NCBI GenBank assembly: GCA_913048125.1 | Contig: CAJWWL010000001.1 | Coordinates: forward strand, 1-38,219 | Length of the DNA stretch: 38,219 bases | Direction: 5' to 3' | DNA from: an uncultured Opitutia bacterium | GTDB lineage: Bacteria; Verrucomicrobiota; Verrucomicrobiia; Opitutales; JABJCN01 | Shown: one piece after another, positions 1 through 8,081 of the stretch | Position numbering within the stretch: the first letter of the stretch is position 1 | How the letters are laid out: each line of letters opens with the position of its first letter | Notes under the pieces: generated by a model | Databases searched by the model: none | The model's input: only the letters and a program-made list of their open reading frames with translations | What the model was told of the DNA's origin: nothing | Made by a program: the position numbers and the translations under genes

Positions 1-325
1 TGAGTTGATGAGCAAAGGTGGTCTGTCCACGATCCAGCATGCCGAATTTGACGTAGTTGCGGACATTGTACTGCCCGGTCATGATCTTGGCTCGTGAAGG
101 CGTGCAGATCGGGTTGGAGAAGCAGTTGGTAAAGCGCACTCCTTCTGCAGCCAACTTGTCCAAGTTGGGTGATTTGCAGGACTCGCTTCCGTTTGAGGAT
201 AGGGCTTCGTAGCCCATGTCGTCGGCCATGATCAGGATGACGTTGGGGCGCGTTCGGTTGGGACCGTCTTGTGCGAATAGGGGACAGCAAAGAAGAAAAG
301 TGAAGACCAAGGTGGAGGCTTTCAT
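1..325 (-). CDS. Sulfatase (formylglycine-dependent), N-terminal part only. The 3' end is cut by the window edge.
   Basis: Not in the ORF track because it is truncated. Reverse-strand translation from the ATG at 325-323 gives MKASTLVFTFLLCCPLFAQDGPNRTRPNVILIMADDMGYE...GVRFTNCFSNPICTPSRAKIMTGQ. This shows a signal peptide, the DD metal-binding block and a C-T-P-S-R formylglycine motif. Confidence 0.85.
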   Translation of the reverse strand, partial: MKASTLVFTFLLCCPLFAQDGPNRTRPNVILIMADDMGYEALSSNGSESCKSPNLDKLAAEGVRFTNCFSNPICTPSRAKIMTGQYNVRNYVKFGMLDRGQTTFAHQL

Positions 326-384
326 GAGATGTGGCGTTAGGGATTGCGTTGGAGGTTAGTTGCTATTAATTTAAATACTCTTTT

Positions 385-789
385 ATGGATAGTGAAGTTA
401 AAATGCTACCATGCGAAAGGTGTGGTGAACTGATTCTCTACGATGGGATAAAGGAATTCGGGGCAGACACTTACTGCGAGTTTTGTGGGAGTGAGAGTCC
501 GCACACGCTTCTAGGGAATCCCGCAACGCCTTTCTTCTTCTTGTTTCTTGGGACTGTAGTATTTGCCTTGGTCAACCCCTTTGGCATGAAAGAGGCGCAA
601 ATTTTTTTCATGGCCTTTGGTCAGTTTTGCCTGTTGCTCTGGTTTAAGATTCTTCGACCCATACATATTGCCCTGCTGAAGGCAGATAATCCTCCAGGTT
701 GTGCTATCTTTTTTTACGGATGTTTTTCTTGGGGAGCGCTTGGTCTCGGTATTCTTTCGTTATTCTTACTGACTGCTTCCGGAAGATAG
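385..789 (+). CDS. Small membrane protein with an N-terminal zinc-ribbon (CxxC...CxxC); function unknown
   Basis: 134-aa ORF with an ATG start. It has C-E-R-C ... C-E-F-C within the first 35 residues, followed by about three hydrophobic helices (PFFFLFLGTVVFALV, IFFMAFGQFCLLLWF, AIFFYGCFSWGALGLGILSLFLL). It is transcribed divergently from the truncated sulfatase. Confidence 0.5.
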   Translation: MDSEVKMLPCERCGELILYDGIKEFGADTYCEFCGSESPHTLLGNPATPFFFLFLGTVVFALVNPFGMKEAQIFFMAFGQFCLLLWFKILRPIHIALLKADNPPGCAIFFYGCFSWGALGLGILSLFLLTASGR

Positions 790-926
790 ACCCGTTCAAG
801 TCCGAGAACGTTTCTACTTTGATGGTATCATGCAGTGAGAACGTTTTTTGAGTTTATTTTAAGTAAATCGGCTTAAGTTGCCAAAAGCATGGATAAGAAA
901 CCTTTCTGTTTTGACCGGTTCCAAAC

Positions 927-2228
927 TTAGAACTGTAGTTCGCTGCGCTTAAGGGTTTGATTGTGGATGGGTTTGCCATCAATGTTGATAATGGTGTACT
1001 TGATGGTCGGGTCGTTGGACTTCAAGTCGAAGTCCACGCGTCCGAATGATTGTTTCTCGTTGTAGCCGAAGAGCGAGTGCTTGATCAGACCGTGCACGTG
1101 CTGGTTGGTCAGGCGCGAGGATTGCCATTCATAAAGCGGGTACATGCCCTCTATATTGGTGTCGATCTTGTAGGCGTCAGAACGGTGTCGGTCGGCTGAT
1201 AAGATTACGACTCCTGGAATCTTCTGCTCTGCAATATATTCAAAGATTTGCTGCCTCTCGCTGTCAAATCCGTCCCATGTGTCCTTTGAGCCAGGCTTTA
1301 CCTTGGGAGTGATTGGGACATTGGTGCAGAACACAGTAAACGTCGCTGGTTTCTTGAGTGTTTTCTTAAGCCATTTTAATTGAGCAGTTCCCAGCATGGA
1401 GGGGCTTTCCCCCTTTGGCGATTCTCGGTAGTAGCGACCGTCGATAAGTATGAAATGTACCTTACCAATCCAGAAGTCGAACCAACAGCCTGGCTGTTTC
1501 TCTCCACCTCCGTAGTAGGGATTATCGTAATTCTCCTTGAAGATTTCCCAGACTTCTCGCTTCCACTTAGGTTTTTCAATGTCAGGACCACCCCATCCAT
1601 CGTTGGTGGTGAAGTCGTGGTCATCCCAGATTCCGTAGATAGGCACCTGCTTGGCCAGTTTCATCCATTCGGGTTGGCTCTGTCTACGGTAGTAGTGGAA
1701 CCTTTGCATCTCCGGCGTCTCGGGATCGTCGATGTAGACGTTGTCGCCAAGCAATAAAAGTGCTCGAGGATCTATTGAGCCGATCGTGTTCCAGACTCGT
1801 TCGTTCTCAGGCACATATCCTGCACCTCCACCAAACACGATAGTGAACTTATCACTCGGCTCTTTAGTTTTCAATGAGGTGTTGGGAAGTGCACGTTCCC
1901 AAGGCCAAGTTTCAGCATCGTACTTCCATGCATTTTTTTTGCCCTGAGCAATTTTGAGTAGTAGCTCAGTGTGCTCAGGATTAACGTCAAACTTTGCAGT
2001 CTCTTTAAGGTATGCAATGGCTTCTTCCTTTTTGCCACGCAGAATAAGTTTGAGGGCATGTGGATGGACACGCTTTACCTGCCCACGACTGCCAGGTTTT
2101 TCATTGTTCACTCGTGGCTTGTTTGCCTGTCCTTCTTGAGCATTCAGTGGTTCTGTGTTAACACATAATGCTAGTAATCCCAGCATACATAGGGACTTGA
2201 GTGGTGGGATGTTGTGTCTTTGAATCAT
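927..2228 (-). CDS. PhoD-like metallophosphoesterase (alkaline phosphatase D family), secreted
   Basis: 433 aa with a signal peptide (LCMLGLLALCVNTEPLNA). Metallophosphatase blocks are LLLGDNVYIDD and IWDDHDFTTNDGWGG, plus ILSADRH. It lies 7 bp downstream of a sulfatase gene. Confidence 0.75.
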   Translation of the reverse strand: MIQRHNIPPLKSLCMLGLLALCVNTEPLNAQEGQANKPRVNNEKPGSRGQVKRVHPHALKLILRGKKEEAIAYLKETAKFDVNPEHTELLLKIAQGKKNAWKYDAETWPWERALPNTSLKTKEPSDKFTIVFGGGAGYVPENERVWNTIGSIDPRALLLLGDNVYIDDPETPEMQRFHYYRRQSQPEWMKLAKQVPIYGIWDDHDFTTNDGWGGPDIEKPKWKREVWEIFKENYDNPYYGGGEKQPGCWFDFWIGKVHFILIDGRYYRESPKGESPSMLGTAQLKWLKKTLKKPATFTVFCTNVPITPKVKPGSKDTWDGFDSERQQIFEYIAEQKIPGVVILSADRHRSDAYKIDTNIEGMYPLYEWQSSRLTNQHVHGLIKHSLFGYNEKQSFGRVDFDLKSNDPTIKYTIINIDGKPIHNQTLKRSELQF

Positions 2229-2235
2229 AGAGTTA

Positions 2236-3723
2236 TTAGTCTTCGACTTGGTAATGCTTGCGCAGGCGAGTGAGTTCCTTTTTTAGACCAGCAATTATCT
2301 TTGAGTATTTAGGGGCATTAAGACGACTTTTCATTTCCTGAGGGTCGACTTTTAGGTCGAAGAACTCCCAGGTGTTTAGCTTTTCATCAGGGAAACGAAT
2401 GAGTTTGTAGCGGCCATCAGTCACACCGAAATGAATCGGGACTCCGTGACCACCAGCCTCGTAATAGTGGTAGTAGTGTGTCTTTCGCCAATCCTCTGGG
2501 GTTTTACCGTGCAAAATTGGTAAGAGGGAGCGGCCTTGCATATCTTTCGGTTGGGGTGCACCAGCGATATCTAGAAAGGTTTGCGCAAAGTCCAGATTAG
2601 ATACCAGGTCGGTATTAGTGGAGCCCGGTTTTGTCCGGCCGGTCCAACGGACGAGTAGGGGAGTATGCAGACTTTCCTCGTACATCCAGCGCTTATCGAA
2701 CCAACCGTGTTCACCAAGCCAGAAACCTTGATCTGAACTGTAGATAACTACTGTGTTTTTGCTAAGGCCGTTCTCGTCCAAGTAATCCAGCATACGTCCG
2801 ATGTTTTCATCGACTGCCTTCACGCAACGCAGGTAGTTTTTGATGTAACGCTGATAGTTCCATCTTGTTAATTTCTTACCTTTGAGATCTAGCTTTTGCA
2901 TTGCCTCATTGAGAGGTCGGAAGTGTCCGTCAAAAATCTTGTACTGTTCAGGCGTGAACTTACTAGAGTAGCGTAGCATTAGCCGACTGGGGCCAATATG
3001 TTCAGCAATTCCCATCTTGTGATTAGCTGGTGCTTCACTGCGACCGGAGTAGTCGTCGAAGAGTGTTGGTGGTTCGGGGATTTGTACGTCTTCAAACGTC
3101 TTCAAATGACGCAAAGCTGGTTCCCAGCGTCCATGTGGAGCCTTGTGCTGTGCCATTAGGAAAAACGGCTTATTTTGATCACGCTGATCAATCCACTTCA
3201 GCGCCTGGTCGGTGATGATATCTGTGGTGTAACCAGTGTGCTTCACCATTTCTCCATTCGTGAATAGCAAAGGGTTGTAGTACTGGCCCTGACCTTTAAG
3301 TACTTCAAAATGATGAAAGCCCGTTGGTGTGGATTTTAGATGCCATTTACCGACAATCGCTGTCTGGTAACCAGCCCTCTGTAGTAGCTTGGATACGGTC
3401 TGCTGAGAACCATCAAATGTGTCCTTGTTCGTACGCTGCCCGTTGAGGTGAGAATGCTTTCCAGTTAGGATCACGGCCCGAGATGGTGCGCAGATCGAAT
3501 TACTGACTAAGCAATGCCGGAAGAGCATGCCCTCTTTTGCGATGCGGTCAAGATGAGGGGTGGGCGCAAGTTTTGCCAGTGGTCCACCGTACGCCGAGAG
3601 TGCATTCAGAGCATGGTCATCGGTGAAAATAAAAAGGATGTTGGGCCGCTCGTCTTTGGCTGCATTAAGGACGTAGGCCAGAAATGATAGGCTGGTTAGG
3701 AGAAGTAATTTCGGTTTTTGCAT
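2236..3723 (-). CDS. Sulfatase (N-acetylglucosamine-6-sulfatase-like)
   Basis: 495 aa with a signal peptide. Motifs are PNILFIFTDDH, the FGly motif C-A-P-S-R (SICAPSRAVILTGK), GKWHL, and SSDQGFWLGEHGWFDKRWMYEES. Confidence 0.9.
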   Translation of the reverse strand: MQKPKLLLLTSLSFLAYVLNAAKDERPNILFIFTDDHALNALSAYGGPLAKLAPTPHLDRIAKEGMLFRHCLVSNSICAPSRAVILTGKHSHLNGQRTNKDTFDGSQQTVSKLLQRAGYQTAIVGKWHLKSTPTGFHHFEVLKGQGQYYNPLLFTNGEMVKHTGYTTDIITDQALKWIDQRDQNKPFFLMAQHKAPHGRWEPALRHLKTFEDVQIPEPPTLFDDYSGRSEAPANHKMGIAEHIGPSRLMLRYSSKFTPEQYKIFDGHFRPLNEAMQKLDLKGKKLTRWNYQRYIKNYLRCVKAVDENIGRMLDYLDENGLSKNTVVIYSSDQGFWLGEHGWFDKRWMYEESLHTPLLVRWTGRTKPGSTNTDLVSNLDFAQTFLDIAGAPQPKDMQGRSLLPILHGKTPEDWRKTHYYHYYEAGGHGVPIHFGVTDGRYKLIRFPDEKLNTWEFFDLKVDPQEMKSRLNAPKYSKIIAGLKKELTRLRKHYQVED

Positions 3724-3754
3724 TTGGAAATTTGGAAAAAATAACTCTTGAGGT

Positions 3755-5269
3755 TCATGGCTTGGGATCTACCTGCCAATTCTTATTTCTCCTCAATCCG
3801 TAGTAGGGGTAGTAGTCCCACGGGGCATCAAGGCCTAGTGCGCGGGGATCCTTTGTGCGAATAAGATGATCCTTCAACTGCTGTGCTAGCTTTTTTCGTA
3901 TGGTGGCGTATTTAGGTTTGGTCGAAAGATTGATCAACTGTCCGGGGTCCTCGTTCACGTTATAGAGTTCTTCTGCAGGTCGTTTGGCAAAGGCCAAGTC
4001 ATAGAATTGCTTGAACTCAGGTCTTTCCTTATTGTCCATAAGTAAGCTCTTTGTAGGCGAAGAATCTACTTCACCAAACGGGATGTATCGAGCACAGAAC
4101 TCCCGATCTGGATTGCCTGCAGGCCACCGGTTGGGTTCGATGTTCTGGATGTAAAGATAGTCGGCTGTTCGGATGGCTCTGCTTGGGTAGCCTTTGCCGC
4201 CTTTTCGGCACCCATCATGACGTTCCATGGCAATAAATGCCCTATCACGCTGTTTTTTAGATTTGTTTTCTAGAACACTGAGTAGGCTGGAGGCGGTCAT
4301 CATTTTTGGGACGGCCACACCGCTGGCTTCTAGAAAGGTTGGAGCCAAGTCACTAAGGTTGACCAAGCCCGTGTAAGTTCGTCCAGATTTAACTATTCCC
4401 TTGGGCCAACGTATAGCTAGTGGGACATGGGCGCCAGCATCATACAGACTGGCCTTGGCCCTTGGGAACGGCATCCCGTGGTCACTCGTGATGACCACAA
4501 TGGTGTTTTCAAGTTGTCCCGTTTTTTCCAGAGAAGCCATGGCTCGCTCGACCATTTTATCGAAATGTTCCACCTCCACGTAGTAGTCGAGAAGGTCGTT
4601 CCGTACCACGGGATGATCTGGAAAGATGGGCGGCACTAGAACCTTGGCAGGATCCTTTCCGGACTTTTTGCCGGCACCTACTTCGAAGCCTCGATGTGGT
4701 TCATGCGTGCCTAGCCAAAAACAAAATGGCTGATTCTCTTTTAGCTGCTCAAGGAATAATTCAAAGTTAGCGGCGTAATCCTTATTGGACATGCTACGAT
4801 AGGGCGGTTTGAGGTTCTTTTGCCTAAATTCTTTGCCTGCTGGATTGGCGTTGCGTCCACCCGCGGCCAATCTGCCGGGGCTCCAGCCTTTGCCTGTAAA
4901 GCCAGTTGCGTATCCATTTTGCTGCAGGAGTTCGGTGTAGGTCAGGAATTTACTGGGTAGAGTGCTGTGGATATTGCCTGCCTCTTCCAGTCTCCAGATA
5001 GGTTGCCCTGTGAGAATTGCACTCCGCGAAGGTCCACACGTGGGGGCATCGCAAAAAGCTCTTGTGAATCGAATGCCTTCGCGTGCAACACGATCAAAAG
5101 CTGGAGTCTGGATTACTGGATCGCCGTTTGCACCTGTATGGGCGTAAGATTGATCATCCGAGATACAGAAGAGGATATTCGGTCGGTTTTGTTCTCCATG
5201 AGTATTCCATATAAATTGTGGGTTTAGCACCACTTGGGTGAACAAAAGGAGAGGCAGAAGTTTTCTCAT
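3755..5269 (-). CDS. Sulfatase (sulfamidase / heparan-N-sulfatase-like architecture)
   Basis: 504 aa with a signal peptide. Motifs are PNILFCISDDQ, the FGly motif C-G-P-S-R (TCGPSRSAILTGQ) and ITSDHGMPFPRAKASLYD. The C-terminal blocks RAIRTADYLYI and EELYNVNEDPGQLINL are shared with the sulfatases at 17470 and 20431. Confidence 0.9.
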   Translation of the reverse strand: MRKLLPLLLFTQVVLNPQFIWNTHGEQNRPNILFCISDDQSYAHTGANGDPVIQTPAFDRVAREGIRFTRAFCDAPTCGPSRSAILTGQPIWRLEEAGNIHSTLPSKFLTYTELLQQNGYATGFTGKGWSPGRLAAGGRNANPAGKEFRQKNLKPPYRSMSNKDYAANFELFLEQLKENQPFCFWLGTHEPHRGFEVGAGKKSGKDPAKVLVPPIFPDHPVVRNDLLDYYVEVEHFDKMVERAMASLEKTGQLENTIVVITSDHGMPFPRAKASLYDAGAHVPLAIRWPKGIVKSGRTYTGLVNLSDLAPTFLEASGVAVPKMMTASSLLSVLENKSKKQRDRAFIAMERHDGCRKGGKGYPSRAIRTADYLYIQNIEPNRWPAGNPDREFCARYIPFGEVDSSPTKSLLMDNKERPEFKQFYDLAFAKRPAEELYNVNEDPGQLINLSTKPKYATIRKKLAQQLKDHLIRTKDPRALGLDAPWDYYPYYGLRRNKNWQVDPKP

Positions 5270-5371
5270 GTTTTATGAGCAGACGAGTTTTGTGGATTCC
5301 TTGATTTTGATATAGGTCGACAGATCTTTGGCTAGGGATTTTTGTCTCGGATCGTGAGAATTAGGTGATCT

Positions 5372-6589
5372 TCAGCCGAGATTCTTGAGCAGGGCTTGAG
5401 CACAAGCTTCGGAGAACTCAGGTGCGTTGATTTCTGTATCAACCTCAATCATTTCAATACTTGGAGACAGGTTTACCTTAATAGCATTGAACAAAGCTTG
5501 ATCTGCATCTGGATCATAAAATGGCTGCCCTGACGCGCTGATAATGCTGATTGCCTTAGTGGGCAGTAAAACTGTGACTGGACACTTGTAGGCATTTACT
5601 TTCTCCGCGAGAATCCTACCGAGTTGCGCGCATTCCTCAGGCGTAGTTCGCATAAGCGTAACCTGCGGATTGTGAACGTAGAAATTACGCCCTTCGAATT
5701 GACTGGGGACGGTTTCCCTCCCTCCGAAGTTAACCATATCTAGGCAACCTGGTGTAACAATAGCCGGCACTCCAAATTTTCCCGCGGCTTCCAATCGAGT
5801 TGAGCCAGCACTCAGGACTCCGCCGCATAATTCATCTGCCCACTCAGTCGTGGTGACATCAAGCACACCGGCAATTAATCCTTCAGAGATCAAAGACTCC
5901 ATCGTCTTACCTCCTGTTCCTGTTGCATGAAATACTAGGACTTCGTAGCCGGAATCTTCTAAAATAGTTTTAGCTGCTTCGATACATTCTGTGGTGTTTC
6001 CAAACATGCTCGCTGCTATGATGGGACGATCCTTAATATCTTTTGCGACTTTGGTGCGGACCATTCCACAGATGGCTCCTGCCGCCTGACTAAAAATCAC
6101 CCGAGAAATACTGTTCAGCCCCGAAACATCCACGACACTTGGTATCATGGTGATATCCTTTGTTCCCACATAGTGCGCAGTGTTGCCACTCGCTAGGGTC
6201 GAAACCATCACTTTCGGGAACCCAACTGGAAGTCCTCGCATGGCTGCTGTTCCGATAGCGGTGCCTCCGCCCCCTCCCAAGGATAGAATGCCATGAATCT
6301 TTCCTTCAGCAGCCAATCTTGATACCAGCTTGGGAGCCGCTTCAGTCATTGCAGTTACGCACTCGCCACGATCATTACGTTGTTGGATTTCTGCGAGGTC
6401 GATCCTGCCTGCCGAAGCAACCTCCTCACGGGTTACGTCCGGTTCTATTGTTGGGGCGGAACCAGTTCCTACATCTATGAGCAATGTGGAAAGGCCAGAG
6501 TCTGATATAAGCTTTGCAGCATAAGCGTGTTCATCGCCCTTGGTATCAAGGGTTCCTAAGATTGCTACAGTCTTACTGGGCTTGGTCAT
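5372..6589 (-). CDS. UPF0261 / Tm-1-like ATP-binding domain protein; cytoplasmic, function unknown
   Basis: 405 aa with no signal peptide. The N-terminus MTKPSKTVAILGTLDTKGDEHAY and the internal LSLGGGGGT and HATGTGG glycine-rich loops match my memory of the UPF0261 family (the N-terminal half of plant Tm-1). Confidence 0.65.
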   Translation of the reverse strand: MTKPSKTVAILGTLDTKGDEHAYAAKLISDSGLSTLLIDVGTGSAPTIEPDVTREEVASAGRIDLAEIQQRNDRGECVTAMTEAAPKLVSRLAAEGKIHGILSLGGGGGTAIGTAAMRGLPVGFPKVMVSTLASGNTAHYVGTKDITMIPSVVDVSGLNSISRVIFSQAAGAICGMVRTKVAKDIKDRPIIAASMFGNTTECIEAAKTILEDSGYEVLVFHATGTGGKTMESLISEGLIAGVLDVTTTEWADELCGGVLSAGSTRLEAAGKFGVPAIVTPGCLDMVNFGGRETVPSQFEGRNFYVHNPQVTLMRTTPEECAQLGRILAEKVNAYKCPVTVLLPTKAISIISASGQPFYDPDADQALFNAIKVNLSPSIEMIEVDTEINAPEFSEACAQALLKNLG

Positions 6590-6627
6590 AAATTAGAACT
6601 AAACAAAGACTGAGTCTCGGCGACTCT

Positions 6628-7965
6628 TCACTGATTCTTTTTATTTCTGGTAGATCTTGGCGCTAATTCTTCAGTGTATTCGTTTTCAATTGCCATAAAC
6701 TCCTCCAATAGCTTTTGGAGCCGTTTGCGGTGAGCGTCATGCCTTGGGTCAGTTGTTACTTTTTCGCTGTAGCGTTCGTGATCTGAAGTAATTGGTATGT
6801 CATAAAGTTTCCCGTCCTGATTGAGTCGAAAACGTTCATCCCGAACGAAGTAACCTTTCCCAAAGTTGATGAGGAGGTGCTCGCGACCTTTGCCTTTTGT
6901 GCCGGTAAGATTATGCGAAAGGTTAAGGCCATCGACCTTACGGGTTAGCTCTAGACCTGCAAGGGCGTGAATGGAGGGCAGCACATCGACAAGGCAAAAG
7001 AAATCCTCACGTATGCCAGGTTGAATTGTGCCAGGCCACCAAGCTAGGAGAGGCACGCGACTGCCTGCCTCGGTCATCGAGCCTTTTCCGCCCTTTAGCT
7101 TGAGTCCGGGTAGGTGACTGGTGATGCTTTTATGTGTGCCGTTGTCGCCTGTAAACAGGACGAGTGTATTCTCGTCTATACCGTGTTTTTTTAGGCGTTT
7201 GAGAATACTCCCAACAATGTAATCCATGTAGGTGATCATATGCCCAAAGGCCATGGTTTGCTTATCAAGGTCCTTCGTGTATTTCGTGTAGGCCAGTTTC
7301 TTGAGCTTAGGCGGGTGAATAAACGGTGAGTGGACAAGAGCCATAGGGTAGTAGAGTAAAAAGCTCTCATTCTTTTTTCGGTCGATGAAGTCCAATGCAA
7401 ATTTATGGAAGTAGTCTGGCCCAAACTCATCCTTTTCGCCGTTGGTAATTTCTCCTTTGGAGTAAATTTGAGGCCCGTAATATCGGCTGGATTTTTTGCC
7501 GGCATGGACCCACGTCCACATGCAATATTCGTCAAACCCGTGTTCGATGGGCTGATTTGGGAATTCATCAAATTTACCCAGTTGCCATTTTCCAGTAATG
7601 GCTGTGGCGTATCCAGCATCGCGGAAGTCGTGGCCAAAAGTTCGGATGCTAGCTGGCATTCGTACACCTTTGTCTTTCCCAATCAAAGAGCGGAATCCGG
7701 TTCGGGGTGGATAAAGCCCACTCATGATCATCACTCGAGTCGGAGTGCAGAGCGGCGTAGCGTAGGCATTGTTGAACCGGGCGCCTTCATCCGCCATTCG
7801 ATCTAGGTGTGGAGTCGTGTATATGGTGCTACCATAGCAAGCCAATCCCTCCGCCCCGATGTCATCTGCCATGATTATGATGACATTAGGCTTTTTCTTA
7901 GCCCAAGTGCAGTGAGATGAACCTATAAAAAGTGCTAAAAGAAAAACAAATGATGAATGTTTCAT
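6628..7965 (-). CDS. Sulfatase (arylsulfatase A-like)
   Basis: 445 aa with a signal peptide. Motifs are PNVIIIMADDIG, the FGly motif C-T-P-T-R (PLCTPTRVMIMSG), TGKWQLG, FTGDNGTH and KGGKGSMTEAGSRVPL. Confidence 0.9.
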   Translation of the reverse strand: MKHSSFVFLLALFIGSSHCTWAKKKPNVIIIMADDIGAEGLACYGSTIYTTPHLDRMADEGARFNNAYATPLCTPTRVMIMSGLYPPRTGFRSLIGKDKGVRMPASIRTFGHDFRDAGYATAITGKWQLGKFDEFPNQPIEHGFDEYCMWTWVHAGKKSSRYYGPQIYSKGEITNGEKDEFGPDYFHKFALDFIDRKKNESFLLYYPMALVHSPFIHPPKLKKLAYTKYTKDLDKQTMAFGHMITYMDYIVGSILKRLKKHGIDENTLVLFTGDNGTHKSITSHLPGLKLKGGKGSMTEAGSRVPLLAWWPGTIQPGIREDFFCLVDVLPSIHALAGLELTRKVDGLNLSHNLTGTKGKGREHLLINFGKGYFVRDERFRLNQDGKLYDIPITSDHERYSEKVTTDPRHDAHRKRLQKLLEEFMAIENEYTEELAPRSTRNKKNQ

Positions 7966-8081
7966 TATGGAAATACGAGGTCTTAGGATCGGATAAATGA
8001 TTTCCTAAAGGCGAGCCAAAGATGATAAGCTCAGGGCTACTGCAAAGAGTAACCAATCAAGGGGAGACTTGTTTTGAATTC

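Noticed and set aside
790-926. Direct repeat GAGAACGTTT (two copies) and a T-run in the convergent gap between the zinc-ribbon gene and the PhoD-like gene.
   Set aside because: There is no convincing stem-loop. AACGTT is only a self-complementary hexamer, and the repeat is short and could be chance. I did not report it as a terminator or a repeat feature.
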